A stretch of DNA of 50,182 bases from Chiloscyllium plagiosum. Its lineage: Eukaryota. The position numbers and the translations under genes were made by a program. Under the pieces are notes generated by a model. It ran no database searches, was not told the origin of the DNA, and was given only the letters and a program-made list of their open reading frames with translations. Position 1 is the stretch's first letter. Each line of letters opens with the position of its first letter. Location: contig NC_057760.1 of the NCBI RefSeq assembly GCF_004010195.1, positions 488,408 to 538,589 on the forward strand. The letters run 5' to 3'. This document shows, piece after piece, positions 1-10,870 of this stretch.

Positions 1-454
1 ATTACTTTTAGAGAGGAGAGCAGCTGTTTGCCAGAATTCAAAGGGTACCTTTTGAACATCATGGCCCAGACTGAGCCATCCATCCCGCAACACAGCAGAA
101 GCAAGGCTTTTGAATAATTCTGAGCAGATAGAACTGCATTATCACATTTTTATGGGCTAGGAACATCCCAAATGATTTCATTATGACTGTACTAGTTCTG
201 AATTGTGCAGTCACAGGCTGTGACTGAACAATGTCAGTACTGTAAAACTGGACAATGCAAATCCATGTGGCCAACCTACTGACAATGAACACTCTCACTG
301 GCAAACCCCTTGAGGGGACAAGTCGTGGTAGTGCCATTTGGCCATTAATCCAGAGGCCTCAGTCTAATGATCTGAAGACAAGCTCAAATCCCACCCATGT
401 GGAAAGCTGTGGAATTCAAATTTAACAAGTAAAACCTGGAATCTGAATCTGTAC

Positions 455-647
455 AACAGATCAGGCAGCATTCGAGCAGCAGGAGAATCGATGTTTCGGA
501 CATAAGCCCTTCATCATTCCTGATGAAGGGCCTATACCCGAAACGTCGATTCTCCTGCTCCTCGAATGCTGCCTGACCTGCTGTGCTTTTCCAGCACCGC
601 ACTCTCGACTCTGATCTCTAGCATCTGCAGTCCTCACTTTCTCCCTG
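455..647. mobile_element. Penelope-like terminal-repeat fragment (family A), arranged as a head-to-head inverted repeat
   Basis: 458-516 is the reverse complement of ~520-584. The same family recurs at 2817-2947, 11208-11600, 38790-38885, 40700-40800 and 46160-46362. Confidence 0.75.
520..547 (+). ncRNA. Minimal type I hammerhead ribozyme motif (family A)
   Basis: CTGATGA-A-GGG-cctata-CCC-GAAAC-GTC: complete catalytic core, 3-bp stem II, palindromic ACGT in place of stem III, GUC cleavage triplet. Confidence 0.65.
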
Positions 648-2239
648 GAATCTAAATCTGTCATGGTGACTATGACAGCCATCAACCGTCATAAAGGCTT
701 GCCGTTAATGGAAGGAAACCTGCTGCTCCTTTGCAGTTGGACCCTACAGGTGACTCCAGACTCGTGTGATGACTCCAGACTCCTCTGAAGTGGCTGAACT
801 AGTTTAAGCAGCAATTAGGGACAGGCAATAGATTACTGATTTACCAGTGAAAATGTTTTTTTTTTTAAAAATGCACACAGGACAGTAAGTGGATAACAAA
901 ACACCCTCGGTTTGCTAAATTCCTTGTGTGTGGGGCAGAGGGCAAAGATGGATTGCCCACAGTTTACAAATGCCTTGGGCAATAGGGCAGAAAGCTTTTA
1001 CAAAACACTCCACTTTTTGTGCAAAACCTTCCTACGTGGGGCAGGAGATTTATGTAATGCCCCAGTTTGCACGAGGGGCAGGAAACTAAGTAGACCCCAT
1101 ATAGCAAATCCCAGAGGCAAGTGGGCTGAGGTTGTGAATAAAGGCCCCAATGCACAAAACCCACAGGCATGTGGGGACAGGCGACTTACAAATACCCCAG
1201 AGCCCGTGAAAGATAAAGTGCCACAGCTCGCAAAGCCCTTATGCAAAATGCCTCAATGGGTGGGTTGGAAAAAAAAAGTAAGAGGACAGGTAAACTCTCA
1301 TGCAAATGGTGTTGATGTTAAAATTAAAGCTGCAACTTGGAAGGAGAAGAATTCAATTTAGATGGGCCACCCATGGGAAATGCATGGTTACAGTGATTGG
1401 GTGGGGGAGGAGAGGGGGAGAACGGGTGGGGGAGGGATGCCCTTCAATGGATTGGCATGGAATTATTGGTGAAAATGTAGTATGGGTGTTTTATCCACCT
1501 TTAAGCTTCTTCAGCACCTTTGGCCACTTTAGTCACCTCGGCCCCTGACTATCATGAAAATCTGCTGTGTTATTGGTGTCTTCCATTTGGTAAAGCAAAA
1601 TCACATGTCCATCAAACTGAGTTGCATTGATGTGCCCTGGGAAACCTGTTAGAGGGGGTTTTCAGTTACGAATGTCTGACTTCGGAATGCTTGTACAAAT
1701 GAATGCGATCTCATACAAGGTGTAGTTGACATAGGAATGACCTGTTTTATGTAGTCCGACATTGTGTTCTGACTTGAGTACAAATCGAATTATGAACAGA
1801 CTCCTGAATGGCACCTATTTGCAACCCAGGGGACTGCCTGTGTGCAGTAATACCAATGCCTGGAATAAGAAACTAATCCTAGGCCATTGAGGACAGGTCA
1901 GGGTGGGAAGGCACCTGGTCTGTTTAGACTGGTTGTGTTAAACAAGTCCAAGCCCATGAATTCCAGTTCACGTTTAAGCTATGACTTTGGAAAAAATGAT
2001 TTACATTGCACATCTGCAATATTTACTGAAGTCGTCATAGACTTGACTAATGTGATTTCTAATAAATACATGCTTTATGCGTTTTGACCTGTTTTAACTA
2101 TGTACTGAAATAGCACTGGTTTGCAGACCGTGCTTTGGGGGTCTCTGAAAATCAGTGTTAAACAACTGAAAATGGTGTTAGTTAAAAGCTATGTATTTGA
2201 GTCAGAGGTGAGAGTTTGTCTTTGCTTTTCTCTCCGTAG

Positions 2240-2355
2240 TCCAGTATTTCAGTTGTGAAACAAGGACCAGCACAGCAGCAAGTATCACAGCAATCTGCAA
2301 CTGCTGACAAACACGGGCATGAGCCAGAATCCCCTCGTAATGTTCAACGTTCAAG
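2240..2355 (+). CDS. WAC: Internal coding exon of WAC (WW domain-containing adaptor with coiled-coil), 116 nt, phase 0 to phase 2
   Basis: Acceptor ttttctctccgtag| and donor AAG|gtaagg. The open frame SSISVVKQGPAQQQVSQQSATADKHGHEPESPRNVQRS aligns to the human WAC segment recalled as [40 protein letters not shown]. No other WAC exon was found in the window. Confidence 0.85.
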
Positions 2356-2820
2356 GTAAGGATATCTTGCTGTAGTTGTGGGTCAGTGTTGTGTTATGAA
2401 TTTAGTTTTGTTTTTGCTTCAAATAAGCAACCCACTTTGTATCATTCTCTTGCTTTTTCTCTTGAACTGCATGATGTTCCTTTTCAAGTAGCCTTCAAAT
2501 ATAATTGAACCACATTGGCTGAATGCTTAAATCTATTGTGGTACAAATTGAACAGAATTGTCTACGGGAATAACTTTTGGCCAAAGGCATTTTGTAATTT
2601 GTTCACAGCACATGGGTGTTGCTGGCTGGAGTACCAGTTATTGCACTTGAGAAGATGATGGTGACCCATCACTTTGGATTACAGAAGTCTGTGTGATACA
2701 TAAAGTATGTGTTCCCAGTGAGAGTTTACTTTAGGAGTTCCAGGATTTTCGCCCTTAGCTTGAAAACACAGGTGCTTATGTTTGCCTGTATGGGTTGTTG
2801 TTGTCTTTTGTAGGAAATTC

Positions 2821-2848
2821 CTGAAGAAGGGCTAATGCCCGAAACGTC
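2821..2848 (+). ncRNA. Minimal type I hammerhead ribozyme motif (family A), best-preserved copy
   Basis: CTGAAGA-A-GGGC-taat-GCCC-GAAAC-GTC, within the PLE repeat at 2817-2947. Confidence 0.7.
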
Positions 2849-3099
2849 GATTCTCCTGTTCCCTGGATGCTGCCTGACCTGCTGCGCTTCTCCAGCAACA
2901 CATTTTCAGCTCTGATCTCCAGCATCTGCAGACCTCACTTTCTCCTCATGGAATTATTGGGCCGAATGGGTGTCCTGCGATGCTACTGGTTGTTTGCACA
3001 GCCTCCGGGCACTCCAGCCAGGGCAAACAACCCCTGTGCCCGAAAACACCCTCCCCGTCCCCAAGTGCAACCTATGGAACCCCCTTCAGGACGCCAGAA

Positions 3100-3890
3100 G
3101 GTGCCCTTGCAGCAGAGTCCCTTTAAATCCGGGTTTGATTGACAGGCGGCGGCCCGGTCCTTTCAACCCCGCGCGCCGTTGTCCCTAGTGACGGCTTGAT
3201 TGACAGGCGGCGACCCTGGCGACCGCCCCCAGCAACCCCAAACCTCCGCGCGACAACTCCTGGCCCGCGCCGCGTTGTGACGTGATGGGGACGGTGAGTT
3301 GGTCTGGGTTTGATGGACAGGCAGCAACCCCACCCCCCCCCCATCGCCGCGCGACAACTCCGGCCTCGCGCGGCCGTTGCCCCCAGCGACGGACATGGGG
3401 GGGAGAGGCGGGAGACGCGCAGGTCCTCGCCCTCGCGCTCCCGAGGCAACGGCGGCCGCGCGCGCGGCTGTTCGCACGAGAAGAAGGACCCGCCGCCATC
3501 TTTGCCGAGAAGAGTGAGCGATTCTATTCCCGATTTTAAAAAAAAAGGCATTTAAGGGGAAAAAAAAAGACTTTTCTCCCACATCGATTAGCTTCCCCCC
3601 CCCCCTTCCTATCGTTTATTTCTATCCCAAAACCTTCCGGCCCGCTCGAAGCAGCTACTGGCTTCCCTCCCCCGACACTCACAGGCATGTTGAGCGTGGA
3701 AGCGCCGGCGTGGAAAAGGAAGGAGGTTGGCCCGGGGACCCGGATATAACGGGGCTGCCACCCCTCGGGGACGGCGCAGGGGCCGGAAGCGCGCCTGCGT
3801 CATGGCTTGAAGGGCGACACGCCCCTCCCTCCCTCGGTCCTGGCCGCCATCTTGGTGAGGTCAATCACACTTCCGCCTGTGTGCCTGTGC
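3100..3890 (-). promoter_or_regulatory. CpG island and ribosomal-protein-type promoter of RPS27
   Basis: Dense CpG. Polypyrimidine TCT/TOP initiator at ~3712-3725, TATA-like TTATAT at 3749-3744, ETS/GABP-type CCGGAAG at 3783-3789 and ACTTCCG at 3869-3875, YY1-type CCGCCATCTT at 3844-3853 (upstream) and 3493-3502 (intron 1). Confidence 0.85.
3683..3688 (-). CDS. RPS27: RPS27 (40S ribosomal protein S27) exon 1 coding part, ATG CCT (Met-Pro)
   Basis: The minus strand reads ctccttccttttccacgccggcgcttccacgctcaacATGCCT|gtgagtgt: a TOP tract, short 5'UTR and the two-codon first exon typical of RPS27/RPS27L. Divergent orientation to RAB13, as in human, favours RPS27. Exon 2 was not found in the window. 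Confidence 0.85.
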
Positions 3891-3904
3891 TTTGAGGCAG
3901 AGTT

Positions 3905-5550
3905 GGAAAATCACCAGGTCACAGTCCAACAGGTTCATTGGGAAGCACTAGCTTTCATAGTGCTGCTCCCTCATCAGATAACCCAAGATACAGAATTTAT
4001 AGCAAAAGATCACAGTGTCATGCAATTAAAATTATACATTGAACAAACCTAGATTGATTAGATTAGATTCCCTACAGTGTGGAAGCAGGCCCTTCGACCC
4101 ATCCGGTCCGCCAAAGAGTAACCCGTCCAGACCCATTTTCCCCTCTGACTAATGGGCGGCACGGTTAGCACTGCTGCCTCACAGCGCCGGAGACCCGGGT
4201 TCAATTCCCACCACAGGCGACCGACTGACTTGTGTGGATTTGCACATTCTCCCCGTGTCTGCGTGGGTTTCCTCCGGGTGCTCCCCCACCCAGTCCAAAA
4301 AATGCGCAGGTCAGGTGAATTGGCCGTGCCAAATCGCCCGCAGTGTTAGACGTAGGGGAATGGGTCTGGGTGGGTTGCGCTTCGGCGGGTCGGTGTGGAC
4401 TTGTTGGGCCGAAGGGCCTGTTTCCCACACTGTAAGTAATCTAATGCACCTAACACTATGGGCGATTTAGCAGGGGCAATTCACCTGGCCCGCACATTTT
4501 TGGAGCACCCGGAGGAAACCCACGCAGACACGAGGAGAATGTGCAAACACCACACAGACAGTCGCCCAAGGCTGGAATCGAACCTGGTACCCTGGTACTG
4601 TGAGGCAGCACAGCCTCACACAAGTCTTTCGTCTTTTAGAATGGGTTGCAGGTTTCGGTTCATTAATCCTAGAACTTCTTTTAAGTCACCTCCCCGAGAT
4701 AACTTAAGGTTTTATTTTTTAAAAAGGTGACATCTCAGCTCAGACAAATGTATTAAAGGTGTGAGGTTAGATCCAGACTGGTTCTACTTCCAAACTAGGA
4801 ATTTCTCCAATGTTATATGGACTGACTGCCTGCAGGTTGTATGCTTTTTGAACAAAAATACAATGTATCTGCAAATACAATCCTGCAAATGCAAATTCAG
4901 CATTTAGACTTGTGTGTGTACGCGTGTGAGGGAGAAAGAGAGTGTCGGTGTGTGTGTGTGAGTGTGCATGAGAGACTGTGTGTTTCTGCGCGCATGAGTG
5001 TGATTAGAGTAAGTCTGTGAGAGGGTGTGAGTGTGGCGGGTGTATGTGAGTGTGTCTGAGAGAGAGAGTGTGTGTGAGAGAGGGTCTGCATGAGTGTGTG
5101 AGTATGTAAGAGTGTCTGTGTGAGAGAGAGACAGAGAGTGTATCATGTAATGGGGTCACCTGTAGTGTGACATGAACCCAAGGTCACAGTTGAGGCCATC
5201 CTCTTGGGTATCGAACTTGGCTATCAGCCTTTGCTCAGCAGCTCAGCCAGTTGTTGCATATCCCGAAGTCCACCTTGGAGGATGGTCACCTGAAGATTCA
5301 AGGCCATTCTAAAAAGATGAAAGACTTAACAGCAATCTAGGTTTGTTCAATGTATCATTTTAATTGCCAGACACTGTGATCTTTTGCTATAAAGTTTCAG
5401 ACTTATGATCCTGCCCCACTAGTTACTTCATGAAGGAGCAGTGCTCTGAAAGCTAATACTCCCAAATAAACCTGTTGGACTCTAACCTGGTGTTGTGTGA
5501 TTGTTAACCTTGTCCACCCCAGGCCAAGACTGGCACTTCCACATCATGGC
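3905..5550 (-). mobile_element. 5'-truncated Penelope-like element (family B): GIY-YIG C-terminus, simple-repeat-rich tail, terminal repeat, and an inverted copy of the terminal repeat
   Basis: Minus strand 5150-5305 gives LQVTILQGGLRD...EQRLIAKFDTQEDGLNCDLGFMSHYR* (frameshifted). 3909-4055 and 5335-5500 are mutual inverted copies, each with a degenerate hammerhead motif. A (CA/CT)n tract lies at 4910-5140, and SINEs interrupt the element at 4060-4610. Confidence 0.75.
4154..4443 (+). mobile_element. tRNA-derived V-SINE (HE1-like) nested in an opposite-strand SINE (4060-4153 and 4444-4610)
   Basis: tRNA-like head (ggttagcactgctgcctcacagc...gggttcaattccc), V-domain (tttgcacattctccccgtgtctgcgtgggtttcctccggg) and CR1-like tail. 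CTAATG is duplicated at both ends. Confidence 0.85.
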
Positions 5551-5624
5551 TACCATTGACACCACCTCCTTTTAGAAAGTCAGACAGCATAGACATTCAC
5601 TTCTGGTTTGAAAAAAAATGGAGT

Positions 5625-6145
5625 GGAAGCTTTACCCTGTATCTAACCCCATGCTGTCCCTGTCCTGGTATTGTTTGATGGGGGACAGTGTAGAGGGAGC
5701 TTTACTCCATATCTAACCCTGTGCTGTCCCTGTCCTGGGAGTGTTTGATGGGGGGACAGTTTAGAGGGAGCTTTGCTCTGTATCTAACCCCGTGCTGTCC
5801 CTGTCCTGGTAGTGTTTGATGGGGGGACAGTGTAGAGGGATCTTTACTCTGTATCTGACCCCATGCTGTCCCTGTCCTGGGAGTGTTTGATGGAGGGGAC
5901 AGTGTGGAGGGAGCTTTACTCTATATCTAACCCCGTGCTGTCCCTCTCCTGGGAGTATTTGATGGGGTGGACAGTGTAGAGGGAGCTTTACTCTGTATCT
6001 AACCCCGTGCTGTCCCTGTCCTGGGAGTTTTTGATTGAGGGAGGAACAGTGTAGAGGGAGCTTTACCCTGTATCTAACTCCATATTGTCTCTGTCCTGGG
6101 AGTGTTTGATGGCAGGGATAGTGTAGAGGGAGCTTTACTGTATGT
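5625..6145. repeat. ~60-bp tandem minisatellite, ~8-9 copies
   Basis: Unit gggagctttactctgtatctaaccccgtgctgtccctgtcctgggagtgtttgatggggggacagtgtaga. The same unit occurs reversed at 33085-33500 and 43560-43850. Confidence 0.95.
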
Positions 6146-6629
6146 TTAAGAGAGTAGGCAGATCTTTCCTTTCATTAAAAAGAGATGAAGGAGCTTTATA
6201 GAGTCATACAGCATGGAACAGACCCTTCTGTCCAGCTTTCCTAAACTGAACTGATTCTATTTGCCAGCATTTGGCCCATATCCCTCTAAACCTTACCTAT
6301 TCATGTACCTGTCCAAATGTCTTTTAAATGTTGTAACTGTACCTGCTCTCTACCACTTCCTCTGGCAGGTTTTGTTCCATATTTTTTACTCTGAATCCAT
6401 TCCCATGTCCTCCCAGTCATATAGCACAGAAACAGACTCTTTGGTCCAACCAGTCCATGTCAACCATAATCCCCAAACTAAACAAGTTCCACTTTCCTGT
6501 GTTTGACTGATATCCCTCTAAACCTTTCATATTCATGTACTTTATCAGGTTAAATTCTTATCGATCGACACTTACAAAGGAAGCAAAAATATTAATACTT
6601 ATACTAAACGTGAAGGTCAAAAAGACTGT

Positions 6630-7500
6630 TGCTCCAGAGCTTGCTGCCCCTCAACCACAGCCAGGCTCCTCTAGTATGGTTACAACATTGACACCCACTT
6701 GACAATGTGAAAAATTGCCCAGCTATGTCCAACACACACAAAAAAATCCAACCTGGCAAATTACCGCCCCATCAGTGTGCTCTCAATCGTCAGTAAAGCG
6801 ATGGAGGGTGTCTTCAACAGTGCCATCAAGCAGCACCTGCTCAGCAATAACCCGTTCAGTGATGCCCAGTTTGGGGTGCGCCAGGGCTACTCAGCTCCTG
6901 ACCTCATTGGTTCGAATGTGGATGAAAGAGCTGAATTCTAAAGGTGAGGTGAAGGTGATCGCCCTTGACACCAAGTCTGTATTTGACTGCATGTGTCATC
7001 AAGAAGCCCGAGCAAAAACTAGACTAACTGGGTATCAGGAGGCATACACTCCGATGGTTGGAGTCCATACCTGGCACATAGAAAGATGGTCATTGCCATT
7101 GGAGGTCAGACACCTCAGCTCTTTGCAGGAGTTTTTCAGAATGTCCAAGGCCCAATCTTCTTCAGCTGCTTCTTCAATGACCTTCCCTCCATCATAAGGT
7201 CAGAAGTGGGATGATTGCACAATGTTCAGCGCCATTCATAACTCCTCAACTACTGAAGCAGTCCATGTTCGAATGCAATAAGATCTGGACAATATCCAGG
7301 CTTGGGCTGACAAGTGACAAGCAACGTTCATGCCATACAAACGTCAGGCTATGACCATCACCAATAAGAGACAATCTAACCATAGCCCCTTGACATTCAG
7401 TAGTGTTACCATCACTGAATTCCCCCACTATCAACATCATGGGGCCTTACCATTGACCAGAAACTCAACTGGACTCGCCATATAAACGCAACAGCTACAA
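6630..7500 (+). mobile_element. Decayed LINE (CR1/L2 group) reverse transcriptase fragment
   Basis: Interrupted frames containing ANYRPISVLSIVSKAMEG, DAQFG, VIALDTKSVFD and DLDNIQAWADK motifs. Confidence 0.75.
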
Positions 7501-7504
7501 GCAA

Positions 7505-9915
7505 TCGATTGGGATAGGGACTGTCTAGCCAGAGGCACAGACAGATGTTTCTGAGGCCGACAGCGAGAAATCAGAATGGTGTGTTGCCTCTCTGATACCA
7601 GGATCAAGGATATCTTGGAGAGAGTGCAGAATATTCCCAAAGGGAAGAGGGACCAGCAGGGGGTCATTATACACATTGGAACGAATGACATAGAAAGGGA
7701 AAAAGATGAGATGCTGAATAGAGAATATAGAAACTTAGGTAGGAATTTAAAAAGGATGTACTCGAGGTTAGTAATATCTGGATTACTCCCGGTTCTACGA
7801 GCTAGTGAAAGTAAGACTAGGAGGATAGAGTCACAAATGCATGGCTGACGAGCTGATGCTGGGGAGAAGGGTTCACATTTTTGGATCTTTGGAATCTCTT
7901 CTGGGACCTGTAGAAGTGAACTTTATAAGAAGGACACCTTGCACCTGAATTAGACAGGGTCTAATATACTGGCAGGGCGAGTTGCTAGAGCTGCTGGGGA
8001 GAATTTAAACTAGTAAGGTAGGGGTAGGTGGGACCCAGGGAGATAGTGAGGAAAGAGATCGATCTGAGACTGGTACAGTTGGGAAAAGGAACAGGTCAAA
8101 CGCTCAGTGCAGGCAGGAACAAAGCAGAGAACAAGATAGGACTGATAAATTAAACTGCATTTATTTCAATGCAAGAGGCCTAACAGGGAAGGCAGATGAA
8201 CTCAGGACATGGTTAGGAACATGGGACTGGGATATCATAGCAATTACGGAAACATGGCTCAGGGATGGACAGGACGTTCCAGGATATAAGTGCAACAGGA
8301 AGGATAGAAAAGGAGGTAAGAGAGGAGGGGGAGTGGCGTTTTTGATAAGGGATAGCATTACAGCTGTGCTGAGGGAGGATACTCCTGGAAATACATCCAG
8401 AGAACTGAGAAATAAGAAAGGGATGATCACCTTATTGGGATTGTTCTATAGACCCCCCCATAGTCAGCAGGAAATTGAGAATCAAATTTGTGAGGAGATC
8501 TCAGTTATCTGTAAGAATAATAGGGTGATTATGGTAGGGGCTTTCAACTTTCCAAACATAGACTGGGATTGCCATAGTGTTAAGGGTTTAGATGGAAAGG
8601 AATTTGTTAAGTGTGTACAAGAAAATTTTCTGATTCAGTATGTGGATGTACCTACTAGAGAAGGTGATTGAGGGCAGGGCAGGTGACTGAGGTGTCAGTG
8701 GGGGAGCACTTTGGGCAAGTGACCATAATTCTATTAGTTTTAAAAATAATGATGGGAAAGGATAGACTGGATCTAAAAGTTAAAGTTCCAAATTGGAGGA
8801 AGGTCAATTTTGACGGTATTAGGCAAGAACTTTCAACAGTTGATTTGGGGCAGATGTTCGTAGGTAAAGGGACAGCTGGAAATTGGGAAGCCTTCAGAAA
8901 TGAGGTAACGAGAATCCAGAGACAGTATATTCCTGTCAGGGTGAAATGGAAGGCTGGTAGGTATAGGGAATGCTGGATGACTAAAGGGTTTGGTCCAGAA
9001 AAAGAAGGACGCATATGCCAGGTATGGACAAGATAGATCAAGTGAATCCATGGAAGAATATGAAGGCAGTTGGAGGGAAATCAGGAGGGCAAAAAGGGGA
9101 CATGAGATAGCTTTGGCAAATAGAGTTAAGGATAATCCAAAGGGATTTTATAAATACGTTAAGGCCAAAAGGGTAGCTAGGGAATGAATAGGGGCCCCTC
9201 AAAGATCAGCAAGGCAACTTATGTGGAGAACCACAGGAGATTGGGGGGATACTAAACAAGTATTTTGCATCAGTGTTTATTGTGAGAAGGACATGGAATG
9301 TGGGGAAATAGATGGTGGCATCTTTAACAATGTCCATATTACAGAGGAGGAGATGTTGCATATCTTGAAACGCGTAAAGGTGGATAAATCCCCAGGACCT
9401 GATCAGGTGTACCTTAAAACTCTATGGAAAGCTAGGGAAGAGATTGCTGGGTCCCTGAAACTTGAAAGGTTTCAGAAAAGATTTACAAGGATGTTGCCAG
9501 GGTTGGAGGGTTTGAGCTATAGGTAGAGGCTGAATTGGCTGGAGCTGTTTCCCCTGGAGCGTCAGAGGCTGAGGGGTGACCGTTTAGAGGTTTATAAAAT
9601 CATGAGGGGCATGGATAGGGTAAATAGACAAGGTCTTTTCCCTGGGTTGGGGGAGTCTAGATCTAGAGGACATAGGTTTAAGGGGAGAGGAGAAGGATTT
9701 AAAAGGGACCTAAGGGGCAACTTCTTCACGCAGAGGGTGGTGCGTGTATGGAATGAGCTGCCAGAGGAGGCTGGTACAATGATAACATTTAAAAGTCATC
9801 TGGATGGGTACATGAATAGGAAGGGTTTAAGAGGAATAGGGGCCAAATGCTGGCAAATGGGACTAGATTAGTTTCGGATATTTGGTCAGCATGGACGAGT
9901 TGGACTGAAGGTCTA
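7505..9915 (+). mobile_element. CR1-type LINE: ORF1 esterase part, ORF2 AP-endonuclease and 3' end, with the RT core deleted
   Basis: ORF1 VCCLS..RIKDI..VIIHIGTNDI; ORF2 YFNARGL, AITETW, YRPP, GxFNFPNIDW and DKSPGPD, then a direct jump to KLERFQKRFTRMLPG and the standard 3' tail. Many stops and frameshifts. Confidence 0.9.
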
Positions 9916-10189
9916 AAATGATGACATCAGCTTGTACGAGGGGGCATAACTACAAACTGAGGGGTGATAGATTTAAGACAGATGTCAGAGGCAGGTTCTT
10001 TACTCAGACAGTGGTACAGGCGCGGAATGCCCTACCTGCTAATGTAGTCAACTCAGCCACATTAGGGAGATTTAAACAATCCTTGGATGAGCACATGGAT
10101 CACGATGGCGTAGTGTAGGGCAATGACAACATTTAAAAGGCATCTGGATGGTATATGAATAGGAAGGGTTTAGAGGGGTGTGGGTCAAA

Positions 10190-10870
10190 TGGGACTAGAT
10201 TAATTTAGGATATCTGGTTGGCATGGACGAGTTGGACCGAAGGGTCTGTTTCTGTGCTGTACATCTCTATGACTCTAAATGGGATGAGATTAGGTTAGGA
10301 AATCTGGTCGGCATGGACAAATTGGACCGAACAGTGTGTTTCCATGCTGTACATCTCTCTGACTCTAAATGGGACTAGATTAATTTAGGAGATCAGGTCG
10401 GCATGGATGAGTTGGACTGAAGGGTCTGTTTCCGTGCTGTACATCTCTATGACTCTAATTGGGACTAGATTAATTTAGGATATCAGGTCGGCATGGACGA
10501 GTTGGACCGAAGGGTCTGTTTCCGTGCTGTACATCTCTCTGACTCTAATTGGGACTAGATTAATTTAGGATATCAGGTCGGCATGGAGTTGGACCGAAGG
10601 GTCTGTTTCTGTGCTGTACATCTCTCTGACTCTAATTGGGACTAGATTAATTTAGGATATCAGGTCGGCATGGACGAGTTGGACCGAAGGGTCTGTTTCC
10701 GTGCTGTACATCTCTCTGACTCTAATTGGGACTAGATTAATTTAGGATATCAGGTCGGCATGGACGAGTTGGACCGAAGGGTCTGTTTCTGTGCTGTACA
10801 GCTCTATGACTCTAATTGGGACTAGATTAATTTAGGAGATCAGGTCGGCATGGACGAGTTGGACCGTGCT
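10190..10870 (+). repeat. Tandem array of the ~90-bp CR1 3' terminus, ~7.5 copies
   Basis: Unit gggactagattaatttaggatatcaggtcggcatggacgagttggaccgaagggtctgtttccgtgctgtacatctctatgactctaatt, starting near 10191, 10280, 10370, 10461, 10551, 10638, 10728 and 10818. Confidence 0.95.

Noticed and set aside
160..260. Possible snoRNA or SECIS-like hairpin (atgatttc...ctga)
   Set aside because: No proper C/D box pair with terminal stem and no convincing SECIS core.
912..1361. 149-aa ORF
   Set aside because: Non-ATG start, no recognisable domain or splice signals; looks like decayed repeat or low-quality sequence.
3185..3499. ORF MAAGPSSRANSR... with a good Kozak context
   Set aside because: AAGATGGCGGC is a YY1 motif in RPS27 intron 1. 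The ORF is GC-rich low-complexity sequence with no splice donor or recognisable homology.
5625..10870. Regular repeat arrays resembling CRISPR
   Set aside because: Head-to-tail units with no unique spacers, no cas genes, vertebrate context, and one array is plainly a LINE tail.
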